Shown: positions 49,830 to 62,089 of the stretch, in pieces | Position numbering within the stretch: the first letter of the stretch is position 1 | Layout: each line of letters begins with the position of its first letter | Notes under the pieces: generated by a model | Database searches by the model: none | What the model was told of the DNA's origin: nothing | What the model saw: the letters and a program-made list of their open reading frames with translations, nothing else | NCBI GenBank assembly: GCA_950097015.1 | Contig: CATNEN010000029.1 | Location: 1,116,001 to 1,180,000, forward strand | Origin: Macrostomum hystrix | Lineage: Eukaryota; Animalia; Platyhelminthes | Length of the DNA: 64,000 nucleotides | Reading direction: 5' to 3' | Made by a program: the position numbers and the translations under genes

Positions 49830-50960
49830 GATACGATTCCAGCTATTGATTTCTTCCTACGATTCCAGCTATTGATTTCTTGCTGCGATTCCAGCTATTG
49901 ATATCATTAGTACGATTCCAGCTATTGATTTCTTGCTGCGATTCCAGCTATTGATATCATTAGTACGATTCCAGCTATTGATTTCTTGCTACGATTCCAG
50001 CTATTGATTTCTTGCTACGATTCCAGCTATTGATTTCTTGCTACGATTCCAGCTATTGATTTCTTGCTACGATTCCAGCTAATGATTTCTTGCTTCGATT
50101 CCGGCTATTGATTTCTTGCTTCGATTCCAGCTATTGATTTCTTGCTTCGATTCCAGCTATTGATTTCTTGCTACGATTCCAGCTATTGATTTCTTGCTAC
50201 GATTCCAGCTATTGATTTCTTGCTTCGATTCCAGCTATTGATTTCTTGCTACGATTCGAGCTATTGATTTCTTGCTACGATTCCGGCTATTGATTTCTTG
50301 CTTCGATTCCAGCTATTGATTTATTGCTTCGATTCCAGCTATTGATTTCTTGCTACGATTCCAGCTATTGATTTCTTGCTACGATTCCAGCTATTGATTT
50401 CTTGCTACGATTCCAGCTATTGATTTCTTGCTACGATTCCAGCTATTGATTTCTTGCTGCGATTCCAGCTATTGATTTCTTGCTACGATTCCAGCTATTG
50501 ATTTCTTGCTACGATTCCAGCTATTGATTTCTTGCTACGATTCCAGCTATTGATTTCTTGCTACGATTCCAGCTATCAAACGCTTGCTACGATTCCAGCT
50601 ATTGATTTCTTGCTACGATTCCAGCTATTGATTTCTTGCTACGATTCAAGTTATTGATTTATTGCTACGATTCCAGCTATTGATTTCTTGCTTCGATTCC
50701 AGCTATTGATTTCTTGCTTCGATTCCAGCTATTGATTTCTTGCTACGATTCGAGCTATTGATTTATTGCTACGATTCCAGCTATTGATTTCTTGCTTCGA
50801 TTCCAGCTATTGATTTATTGCTACGATTCCAGCTATTGATTTCTTGCTTCGATTCCAGCTATTGATTTATTGCTACGATTCCAGCTATTGATTTCTTGCT
50901 TCGATTCCAGCTATTGATTTCTTGCTAATATTCCAGCTGTCAGCCTCTTGCTACGATTCC
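49830..50960. repeat. 26-bp minisatellite
   Basis: Unit GATTCCAGCTATTGATTTCTTGCTAC. Confidence 0.97.
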
Positions 50961-51637
50961 AGCGACGGATATTTCTATGATTCTAAGAATACATGGTATT
51001 TTATTCATAGAAATATATTTTCTAGTAATTAAAGTTTATCTCCTGCGATTCGTCAATCCCTTAGCGATGGCTATAAGAACAGAGCCATGATGCTGTCAAT
51101 CCAAATAGCCTATGATATACAATAGTTGTTGCTGTAAGGTCCAAGGACACAGCTATAAGCAAACTGAAAGAAGCAGAGTGATGACTCAGCACAGTGCTGC
51201 GGCTCTCATTGTGTATTACAGCTGGGTGATTCGTCCTCTTGCGCTGCAGTTCCGATGAGTGTGCAGGCTGCAGCTTATCCTCCTTCCGTCCCTCTGCTGT
51301 CGGGCCTGTAACCCCAGTCGAGGGCCGCAGCACCCATTAGCCGGTTCCTCCGCTAGCCCGCCGGATCCGGATATAGATTTGGTCGAAAGAAGCGGAGGCC
51401 AGCTTGGCAGCCCGTGTTGGCACCCCGCGCCCTCTTGCCCCGCGCTCTCAGTACGCACACAGCCTCCAGCCAGTTACCTTCATCATCGGCCACTCCGCGA
51501 CTAACATACCCCCCTAGCAACTCCTGTGTGAAAGGCTAAACAAGCTGCCATTTTTTTAGACTTCTTGTTGTCCTTCGATTCACGTTTGCTTTGGAATCCA
51601 CTGCATCCTCATTTTGGATAAGAACATAACTACGGCC

Positions 51638-54600
51638 ATGTCAGAATCAGTTCAGCAGCAGCAGCAGACTCGAGTTCGACTTCTGCGGCCTGCCAGGGAG
51701 GCAGCCTGGGGCTTCCGGCTGGACCGCGGTTCGCGGTATTCGGGCGGATTTCTTGTGTCTCGGGTGGGTGAGCTGCAACATCTGGTGCTTAGGCTGATCC
51801 TCTTCCCTACACCACCATCCCCTACCTGTCCTCAGGCTGAAATCTTCATCCCCTACCTGTCCTCAGGCTGAAATCTTCATCCCCTACCTGTCCTCAGGCT
51901 GAAATCTTCATCCCCTACCTGTCCTCAGGCTGCAACCTCCATCCCCTACCTGTCCTCAGGCTGCTATCTTCATCCCCTACCTGTCCTCAGGCTGCTATCT
52001 TCATCCCCTACCTGTCCTCAGGCTGCTATCTTCATCCCCTACCTGTCCTCAGGCTGCTATCTTCATCCCCTACCTGTCCTCAGGCTGCTATCTTCATCCC
52101 TTACCTGTCCTCAGGCTGCTATCTTCATCCCTTACCTGTCCTCAGGCTGCTATCTTCATCCCCTAGCTGTCCTCAGGCTGCAACCTCCATCCCCTACCTG
52201 TCCTCAGGCTGCTATCTTCATCCCCTAGCTGTCCTCAGGCTGCAACCTCCATCCCCTACCTGTCCTCAGGCTGCTATCTTCATCCCCTACCTGTTCTCAG
52301 GCTGCTATCTTCATCCCCTACCTGTCCTCAGGCTGCTATCTTCATCCCCTACCTGTCCTCAGGCTGCTATCTTCATCCCCTACCTGTCCTCAGGCTGCAT
52401 GCAATCTTCATTCCCTACCTGTCCTCAGGCTGCATGCAATCTTCATCCCCTACCTGTCCTCAGGCTGCATGCAATCTTCATTCCCTACCTGTCCTCAGGC
52501 TGCATGCAACCTCCATCCCCTACCTGTCCTCAGGCTGTCTTTCTGTCTGGAAACCCTTCCCTAAGTTCTGGATGTCGCATGTTTTGCACAGGTCACGCCA
52601 GGGAGTCCCGCATCCAGCGTGCTGTTCAAAGGCGACCTTCTGGTTGCAGTGGACGGTGCGGACTGCTCGCACCTGACCTACGATCAGGCAGTGCAAATGA
52701 TGCAACGGGCCACCCTGTCTGTCGAACTGACGGTTGTGTCCAGGTGACGGAAATTCCTGACATGGTTGCCAGTTGTTTAACCATTAAAGTCTACTGTTAG
52801 TAGTCTCTAAAATTTATTCCGTCAAACTCGCCAAATTTTCAGATCCACGCCGCTCGAGTTGTTAACTTCGCCGCAGCATTTTCGGAATACGGTACCTTTT
52901 ATTTGCTTAGTAATTAGACTTCTGACCTAGAGGTTGGGAGTTCGAATCTTGGCCCAAGGGAAACTCTCTGTGTCCTTGAGCAAGGCACATAATTCCCTAA
53001 TATCCCGACCAGGTGAACACAGCCATTGGAATCTCCACTGTACATCTAGTCCAATGGGGCTAGGTGTATTTTTTACTTTTTGAAATATCACAAAATCCAC
53101 TGTGGAAAAATCAGGCCACAATTTTTACCAGTAGACGATAATGAATTTCTTCTCAACAGAGAGCCTGACGATCTTCGTCTACGCCTTTTTGGAAATTGAT
53201 TTTACCTTTAAATCTGATTGGCTGCGGTCGGTCACGTGAATGAATAAGGGGTTTCCCAAAAAATGTTCTAAAAATAGCAACAACCCCACCTATGTGTGAC
53301 TCCTCAGAGCATCGGTGCCGAGAGCAACGCCTCGTCCACCACCTTCAGCGAGTGCTACGGCAGCCCGCACTCCAGCGCCATCAACCTGCTGCACACCAGC
53401 AATCCGCACCAGATGCGCGCCCAGTCGACAGCTCAGCCGGCTTTTAGGCGGGTCTGCAGCTCCGAGGCGGGCAGTCCGACTCCCCGGTGGCATCCGACGC
53501 AATTCCAGCACCGCACACTGGAGCCGCTGCATAGCAATCAGCAGCATCAGCAGCCGCAGCAGTACTTTACATTCTCTGGACGTCCCAGGCGTATGTCGTT
53601 CGGCTATCAGAACTATGTCAAGCAGTTCCAACAGCCTCAGCCGTCGGAGACGCAGCCGCAGCCACAGAGGCTGACGCATGCCAGCCAACTTGGCGTCTTC
53701 CGAGATAGTCGACCATTGTTTGCATCCGCCAGTCTGAGGTAGATTTATGGCTTCTTATCGGAAGATTTTACACCTTATCTACCTTGATGGTTTCACACCA
53801 GATCTAGCTGACGATTTCACACCTTATCAACCTGATGAGTTCACACCTTATCTACATTATGATTTCACTGCTTATCTACCTGATGATTTCACAGCTTATC
53901 TACGCTCGTACCTGTTCACACCTTATCTACCTGATGGTTTCACACCTTATTTACCTGATGAGTTCAAACCTTATCTACCTGATGAGTTCACACCTTATCT
54001 ACCTGATGAGTTCAAACCTTATCTACCTGATGAGTTCACACTTTATCTACCTGATGATTTCACAGCTTATCTACCTGTTCACACCTTATCTACCTGATGG
54101 TTTCACACCTTATCAACCTGATGAGTTCAAACCTTATCTACCTGATGAGTTCACAGCTTATCTACCTGATGATTTCACAGCTTATCTGCCTGATGATTTC
54201 ACACCTTATCAACCTGATGAGTTCAAACCTTATCTACCTGATGAGTTCACAGCTTATCTACCTGATGATTTCACAGCTTATCTGCCTGATGATTTCACAC
54301 CTTATCAACCTGATGAGTTCAAACCTTATCTACCTGATGAGTTCACAGCTTATCTACCTGATGATTTCACAGCTTATCTACCTGATGATTTCACAGCTTA
54401 TCTACCTGATGATTTCACAGCTTATCTACCTGATGATTTCACAGCTTATCTGCCTGATGATTTCACACCTTATCTACGCTCGTACCTGTTCACACCTTAT
54501 CTACCTGATGGTTTCACACCTTATTTACCTGATGAGTTCAAACCTTATCTACCTGATGAGTTCACACTTTATCTACCTGATGATTTCACAGCTTATCTAC

Positions 54601-57399
54601 CTGTTCACACCTTATTTACCTAATGGTTTCACACATTATTTACCTGATGATTTCACACCTTATCAACCTGATGAGTTCAAACCTTATCTACCTGATGAGT
54701 TCAAACCTTATCTACCTGATGATTTCACAGCTTATCTACCTGATGATTTCACAGCTTATCTACCTGATGATTTCACAGCTTATCTACCTGATGATTTCAC
54801 AGCTTATCTACCTGATGATTTCACAGCTTATCTACCTGATGATTTCACAGCTTATCTACCTGATGATTTCACAGCTTATCTACCTGATGATTTCACAGCT
54901 TATCTACCTGATGATTTCACACCTTATCTACCTGATGATTTCACACCTTATCTACCTGATGATTTCACAGCGTATGAACCCGATGAGTTCACACCTTATC
55001 TACCTGATGATTTCACAGCGTATGAACCCGATGAGTTCATACCTTATCTACCTGATGATTTCACACCAAACCCATCTTTAGCCATCCTAAAATCATTTTT
55101 GAATAACATTTGTTTTCCTCAGCAACGAATGGATTGCTGCTTAAAATAGCTCTAGTATATTTGGCCCTCTAAAATGCAGACATTTCCTACAAGCATGGCA
55201 GAACAGCAGATGCAGCTCTAACAGGCCTTGGACAGAGGATAGAAAAACGCTGCGAATTGTGCTGGCATTCGACTAGGGGCTCTGTCTTAAAGAAAATCAA
55301 TTTCACTGCGCTTAGGACTGTGAAAAGCGAAATAGACTGGTCGAGGGGAAGGGTAGAAACAGAGGGGATAAGAACACAGCCCGCTGTACAGGTGGGAAGT
55401 GGGTCTACAAATGCGCGCGTGTGCAAAAAAATTGGATCCTTCTGCGCACAGTCCTCTCATCCTCCGAGCTGTCTGCAGACCCAAGACCGGCTGTGAATCA
55501 CGCAGACAAAATTTGGCAGCCATCTTTCTCCTCCGCCAACTGGATCCGAAGCTGTCCTCTGTATTTAACAGCCGATACTGTCGCAGTTTTTTTGTAGGCA
55601 TTCCTATACAAAAATAATTGCCGCTGACAGGTCACTGGCATCGACCAGGGAGATAGCAGACGATAGTCCGGCGATGGATTCCTTCATGGAAAGCATGCGG
55701 CAGTACCCGGGCTACACTCAGCAGCAGCAGCAGCCTCAGGCTCTGTCCTTCCCGGCCAGACAAGAAAGAAAAGTATCAACGTCGTCTATAACGCTGAGCT
55801 TCTCCGGTCAGCGGCCGCCCTCCGGGCACATCGGCAGGCACGCCCAGCCGACTCCGCCACCACCACCACCACCGATGGCGCAGCAGCAGCCGCTGGCTCA
55901 CCAATTCAACAGCCTGCCAAGGCGTTTCTCAAATCCAGCGCCACCCCAGCTGGCCCTCCAGCAGGGGCCGGCGCCTTATTCGCCATACCAACAAATGCCG
56001 CAGCCGCAGCCGACGGCACCTGCGCCGGCGCCACCGCCGATGCGCCATCTGCAGCCGGCGCCAGCGGCCGGAAATTCGCTGCGTCTGCTGCAATGGCTGA
56101 GCAGCAGCTCCGACAACATGATGGACCGCGATGTGCGAGATGAAGTCTGGCAAAAGCTCGGACAGCGTGAGTTTTAGGGAGCCTAGATTACCTCTAGGTA
56201 ACAATGATCATAATAATTATAATAATCATAATAATTATAATAATCATAATAATAATTGCATGAGGGCTGCAGGCAATGGCACACCGTTTGGTGACAATAG
56301 ACCTGAAGCCAACGAGGAGGCAATTCTGCCCATTCGCTGACTCCTGAGCACACACGCACACAGATACTGTACGCAGGCACACGCTCACACAGGTGTGTAC
56401 ATCTACCCTGACTTTCTCATCGTCAGGCAGTGTACACTCTCACTGTCCATTGGAGGTTGGCCCTCAAGGGCGTAAATTGCACAAGCCCCCAAGACTTCTC
56501 TCCGCGGCTGCGCCTCAAATACGAGTAAATGTGGCCTCGCCGCGGAATCGAGCTCAGGGACCTTGAGAGGCAAACGCGTTACCCACTCTGCCACTCAGCC
56601 CACTTACCTGACTCAAAATTTCCGCTTGTAATTTTTTGCGCTCATTTTTGTCGCTTTCAGCGTCTCCGCAGCGACAGCTCAGCCACTCGGCCAGCAGCAG
56701 CGGTCAGCATGGCCTGACAGCTCAGCAGCCGCAGCTGCAGCCGCAGCAGTATTCGCACCGTCAGCCGATGTATCAGCAATTCAGCGGCGGCGGCGGTGGT
56801 GTCGACGGCGGAGGCGGCAGCGTTAGTGGCAGCGGCAACGTCGGAGCTCACCTCCTGCGCGCCTCGACCAGCACAAGCGACATCAATACCGCCGGTGACT
56901 CTCAGTCGGATGCTGGCGACGACTATTTCAAGCGCAGACTTCAGCAGAATCTGCAGCAGCATCTGCCATCTGGAAGGGTATAATGAACTCACTTCTCCAT
57001 TGATGTCTTCTTAGCACCCTCCTCACTCCTGCTACTCTTTCTAAGCACCCACCCCACTCCTCCCACTCCTTCTAAGCACCCACCCCACTCCTCCCACTCT
57101 TTCTAAGCACCCACCCCACTCCTCCCACTCCTAAGCACCCACCCCACTCCTCCCACTCCTAAGCACCCACCCCACTCCTCCCACTCCTTCTAAGCACCCA
57201 CCCCACTCCTCCCACTCCTAAGCACCCACCCCACTCCTCGCAGGTTCAGCCGGGAGCGGCCGGCAGACAGGGGCCTGTGATTCGTCCCGTTTTCAATCCG
57301 GCTCTGCGAATTCCCCGATCGCGTGCTCGCAGAGAGCAGCAGCAGCAGCAGCGTCCGCCAGACCAGATGGAAGCCATTCGAGCCACAATTCGAGCTAAT

Positions 57400-57440
<41 letters not shown>

Positions 57441-57755
57441 AGCCGCGATGATTTCGCCAGAACAGTCTGACTACAGTGAGTTCCAGCAGCTAGGACTTGT
57501 CTTTGATTTGCGTCCCTCCGCTATTCGCCCATCTAACACTCTCTCTCCTCCCTAGAAGACGAGCTGTCGCTCAACCCGCGCTTCCAGCTGCTCCGCGAGC
57601 AGCTCCATTCGCAGCCCTCCGTTGAGGATGGCGCCGATGCCGTTGACTCCGTGGCCCGAGAGGCCCACTGCAGCTCGGCTAGCCGCATCGACGAGCTGCG
57701 CCGCATCCAATCAGAAACCTCCGGTGGAAATCAGCAGGTGTCGAGCGAGTTTTAA
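51638..57755 (+). CDS. N-terminal PDZ (PDLIM/Zasp-type WGFRL) protein with long Q/P/S-rich disordered tail, ~680 aa, no LIM domain seen
   Basis: Exons 51638-51763, 52592-52743, 52843-52891, 53308-53738, 55631-56166, 56661-56977, 57244-57475, 57556-57755; GT-AG with consistent phases (2043 nt). PDZ: WGFRL...VSRVTPGSPA...GDLLVAVDG..CSHLTYDQAVQMM. Confidence 0.8.
51810..52535. repeat. 31-bp intronic minisatellite
   Basis: Unit CCTACCTGTCCTCAGGCTGCTATCTTCATCC. Confidence 0.95.
52912..53040 (+). mobile_element. CORE-SINE fragment
   Basis: B-box GTTCGAATC followed by TGTGTCCTTGAGCAAGGCACATAATTCCC (52969-52997), resembling the CORE/MIR core TGTGACCTTGGGCAAGTCACTTAACC. Confidence 0.65.
53760..55065. 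repeat. 24-bp intronic minisatellite
   Basis: Unit CTACCTGATGATTTCACAGCTTAT. Confidence 0.97.
56195..56595 (-). mobile_element. SINE family A, full length with expanded (ATT/ATG)n tail
   Basis: Minus-strand head GAGTGGCAGAGTGG, conserved body, tail at 56200-56258. Confidence 0.88.
57015..57240. repeat. ~28-31-bp C-rich intronic minisatellite ending at the acceptor
   Basis: Unit CTAAGCACCCACCCCACTCCTCCCACTC. Confidence 0.9.
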
Positions 57756-58224
57756 CAAAATAATTATTGTCTTCTTCTCCTGCTTCTTTTGCTTGCTTAA
57801 TCAGTTACTTGTCAAGTTCATGTCGCCTACAATGTACAATTTAGTTAGCCGAGTAGTAATATTATTCATTCATTTACATTTACTCGTACATCGCAATTCT
57901 TGTACTTCTTCTTCTAAATTGTACTAGTAGAAGAAGCAGACTCTATGTCCAAAAACGGAGGGATTTTTTAAATCACTGATTATTCAGTTTAACTGTCTCC
58001 AGTCGTACTTATTAGCTCCTATTATAATCTGTCCATCCAGCTTATTTCCTCAGCTTAGAATACTACACAGTCTACATACTGCAGCCTTCTATTAATAGGT
58101 GAATCTACATGTGCGCATGCTACCCTTCAATGTTCTGTTCGCTTTTTCAAATTATTATCACAAAAAAATGGACATCTTTTATGTCGAAATGATACGACTT
58201 TGCTACTTTATCGATCGCCAACTG

Positions 58225-58860
58225 ACTGACTGGGATCTGGGGGGATGAGGATCTGACTGATTGGGAACTGACTGACTGGGATCTGACTAATTGGGATCTG
58301 ACTGATTGGGATCTGACTGATTGGGATCTGACTGATTGGGATCTGACTAATTGGGATCTGACTGATTGGGATCTGACTGATTGGGATTGGACTGATTGGG
58401 AACTGACTCACTGGGATCTGACTAATTGGGATCTGACTGATTGGGATCTGACTGATTGGGATTGGACTGATTGGGATTTGACTGATTGGGATCTGACTGA
58501 TTGGGATCTGACTGATTGGGATCTGACTGATTGGGATTGGACTGATTGGGATTTGACTGATTGGGATCTGACTGATTGGGATCTGACTGATTGGGATTGG
58601 ACTGATTGGGATTTGACTGATTGGGATCTGACTGATTGGGATCTGACTGATTGGGATTGGACTGATTGGGATTTGACTGATTGGGATCTGACTGATTGGG
58701 ATCTGACTGATTGGGATCTGACTGATTGGGATCTGACTGATTGGGATTGGACTGATTGGGATTGGACTGATTGGGATCTGACTAATTGGGATCTCACTGA
58801 TTGGGATATGACTGATTGGGATATGACTGATTGGGATCTGACTGATTGGGATTTGACTGA
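58225..58860. repeat. 15-bp minisatellite
   Basis: Unit GACTGATTGGGATCT. Confidence 0.97.
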
Positions 58861-59114
58861 TGAGATTGGCAAGTGCCTGATTTGCTTAGGGAAAAATAAT
58901 TACGAAATGCCTAAGTAATCTACTTGAAGTAGTTAAGTAACGATGTTAATTAAAAAGTGTATTTATCAAGACCAAATGCACTCGTTGCTACAGGAAAAGC
59001 GGCTGCTATTGATAGAAATCCATTTAACTGCAAGCCGCCCACTGACTCAGAATTATTCAACTATTCGCTAACTCGAAAAAAGAGTTAAGAACATGAAGTA
59101 GGTGTAGGTACGCT

Positions 59115-59127
59115 GTTGCTAAGCAAC
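59115..59127. promoter_or_regulatory. palindromic RFX X-box-like motif
   Basis: GTTGCTAAGCAAC. Confidence 0.25.
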
Positions 59128-59789
59128 AAGTTGTCAGTAACTCGAATCCAGCTTCGTCCGTAATGAAAGCCTCCTTTTCTCCTCTTCCGCAGGTAGGAAG
59201 TTAGCTATGGCCCCCTTTTTGAGCTAATTTTCTGCATTAAAACAAGAACAAATAATTACGTCACGAAAATGCAACGCGAAAGCAGGCATCTTGACTGGGT
59301 TGGCATTAGTGAGAAACCGGTGGCAGGGGGCGACTCCTGTAGGTTCAGTAGCAGAGGAAGATTTTCAGGGGCACGGGGAGAGAGGTGAATGAGAGAAGTG
59401 CAGAGCATTCTTGCAGGATGCTCTGCAAGCCGAGCTGCTCACATGCCTTAATAAAATCCAATAGGCAAGCCTTTGCTCTCTCTATCTGAGAGGCCAGATT
59501 TTCCTCCTGCACGCGTGGCGACCGCTTCTTCCCAATTATTTTCTTCCGCAATATCATCCCTCTTTCCACGATCCCTACTCAAGCCTGTCTGGCTGGTGAG
59601 CTGTGAGTAGTCGCTCTCTCTCTCTCTCCGTGTTTTTGTTGAAATTTTGTCTATTGCCCCGGCTAGCAAAGCCGTCAGCATTCTCCGTCAGGATTTGGGA
59701 GGCCAAGGAGCTCACGGCGGGGATTACAAGGAAGAAAGAAATATACCGGAGAACACAGGACGCAGAGATGCCGGCGGAGGGCATTGGGG

Positions 59790-60150
59790 GATTGTGGACG
59801 AATCCTTTGAGATCGGGTCTCCGCGCACTGTCCCAGGCTGCCCACCTCCTCATTTCCTGACTCTCCCACCCTCCCGCCAAGCAGCAGCAGCAGCAGCAGC
59901 TTGAGTACAAAAGAGCTTTAAGGCTAGCACGGAGAGGCAGCGAGAAAAGGGCACAGGAGATAAGCCCCTCCTCTTCCTCCATTGCCCCCACCCTCTCCCC
60001 GCTCATCTCCTCAGTCCGGCACGAAAAAGTCTCGCTTTCGTCTTTTTTCTCGGGCGCCTAGCCGAGAAGCGCTAGGCAAAAGTACGGACTGGTGTACAGG
60101 GGCGGGCCGAGGCTGCAACCAGACGGAGCTCGGCAAGTCGCTGCAGTTTC
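59790..60150 (+). mobile_element. possible decayed non-LTR retrotransposon (LINE ORF2 EN-RT linker) relic
   Basis: Frameshifted peptides LWTNPLRSGLRAL, EYKRALRLARRGSEKRAQEI and KYGLVYR..LQPDG resemble the WW..EL / YK.A.R.AKR / WG..YK..PDG pattern; no RT core seen. Confidence 0.3.
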
Positions 60151-60479
60151 CCGCCCCGCCCGCCAGGGGAGCAGAAGGAGAGCTGGCAAGTTGGTCTGGA
60201 GTCAGTGCGGGCGAGGCTAAAGTGAAAGCTAATTTAGCCAGTGGGCAGTCAGAATGATAATTCATTATTATTGGCTTGTACATATTCTTATCAATCGCCA
60301 TGTACAGGCTCCGCCCAGTTATGCAGGTACAACAACCGGAACGCGCATGAGAATCAAGCTCTGCGTGTACTCGTAACTCTTTATCAGTTTGATGAAGATA
60401 AACAGGCGGACGAATTTTTATCTGTTTAATTCCGTACCCTAAAATCAATCTATACTCCCAGGCTTGAGTTGAGTAGTCG

Positions 60480-61320
60480 CCCTCGCAGATCCTCAGATTG
60501 AGTAGCCATCTATCATGATCTCCCAGATCCTCAGATTGAGTAGCCATCTATCATGATCTCCCAGATCCTCAGGTTGAGCAGCTATTCTCCCTGATCCTCA
60601 CATTGAGTAGCTATTCTCCCAGATTCTCAAATTGAGTAGCCATCTATCATGATCTCCCAGATTCTCAGGTTGAGCAGCTATTCTCCCAGATTCTCAAATT
60701 GAGTAGCCATCTATCATGATCTCCCAGATTCTCAGGTTGAGCAGCTATTCTCCCTGATCCTCACATTGAGCAGCTATTCTCCCTGATCCTCACATTGAGT
60801 AGCTATTCTCCCAGATTCTCAAATTGAGTAGCCATCTATCATGATCTCCCAGATTCTCAGGTTGAGCAGCTATTCTCCCTGATCCTCACATTGAGTAGCT
60901 ATTCTCCCAGATTCTCAAATTGAGTAGCCATCTATCATGATCTCCCAGATTCTCAGGTTGAGCAGCTATTCTCCCTGATCCTCACATTGAGCAGCTATTC
61001 TCCCTGATCCTCACATTGAGTAGCTATTCTCCCTGATCCTCACATTGAGTAGCTACTCTCCCAGATTCTCAAATTGAGTAGCCATCTATCATGATCTCCC
61101 AGATTCTCAGGTTGAGCAGCTATTCTCCCTGATCCTCACATTGAGCAGCTATTCTCCCTGATCCTCAAATTGAGCAGCTACTCTCCCTGATCCTCACATT
61201 GAGCAGCTACTCTACCTGATCCTCACATTGAGTAGCTATTCTCCCAGATCCTCATATTGAGTAGCTATTCTCCCAGATCCTCATTTTAAATAGCTATCTA
61301 TCGTGATCTCCCAGATCACG
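60480..61320. repeat. composite minisatellite (interleaved short and long units)
   Basis: Units such as CTCCCAGATTCTCAAATTGAGTAGCCATCTATCATGAT and CTCCCTGATCCTCACATTGAGCAGCTATT. Confidence 0.92.
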
Positions 61321-62089
61321 AATAAAAAACTTTTCGCAAAATAGGTATAGCAGTTGGGAATATTTTTCGGGCCACGGCCGACCACATTGATAATTGGTGT
61401 TATTTTTCTTCAAATTGCAGCAAAGCACAACTTTATAATTGTATTTTATTTAATGTAAGTGTAGCATATTTATAAATATTCACTAAAATGAATTTAGATT
61501 GGAAAAGAGAACACTCCAAACTTGGGAAAAAAAAGAAACCCACGCTTTTCTGCTTAATTCCGTAATTTCAGCTTGTCGCTAGGTAAATGGAGACTGTAAA
61601 TAAAAGCGAAACCAACACTTCCTTTTCCTAAAACAAATAGTGAGAGGAACAGATTATAGACAGAACTACAGCATCACAAGACAGTCAAAAAAGTACAAAA
61701 TACGGATACACACAAAAAGACACCTATATTTGCGTTTCAAAAGATATCTGCAAGCAATTACAAAAATATGCAAAAAATACGACACTGTCCGTTAAGTCTG
61801 ACACAATTCTTTAATTGTTGCAGCCAGACATCGGCATTTCAATGTAACTGTCCTTCACTATTGCTAAATATGCTGATGCAGACAGACTGATAGACATTGC
61901 ACGCAGTCTAAAATATATGAAAAAACAGATGCATTTACACGTATACAGATACAAACAATGTGTAAAAAATATTGCCTTTCACTATTTGAATAAAAAATCT
62001 AACTTACTTAACTTATTCTAACGCAAAATTTGTAGGAGCGAGCGAACAAAGACAATAATTTACTACTAATCACTAAACACTTTACTGAA

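Noticed and set aside
51216-51504. ORFs or ribozyme in the GC-rich region upstream of the PDZ gene (CCGATGAG...CGAAA, CCTCCGCT/AGCGGAGG stem)
   Set aside because: Core mismatch and no compatible stem II; more simply promoter or 5' UTR.
53760-55065. Hammerhead ribozyme satellite (CTGATGAG in units) and long PDDFTAYL-repeat ORFs
   Set aside because: No GAAA or stems follow CTGATGA. The ORFs come from a stop-free 24-bp unit inside a GT-AG intron, and read-through from the upstream exon hits TAG immediately.
59345-60547. Minus-strand genes (143-aa poly-Cys ORF, 178-aa ORF)
   Set aside because: No recognisable domains or consistent splice structure; partly derived from a CAG tract and a minisatellite.
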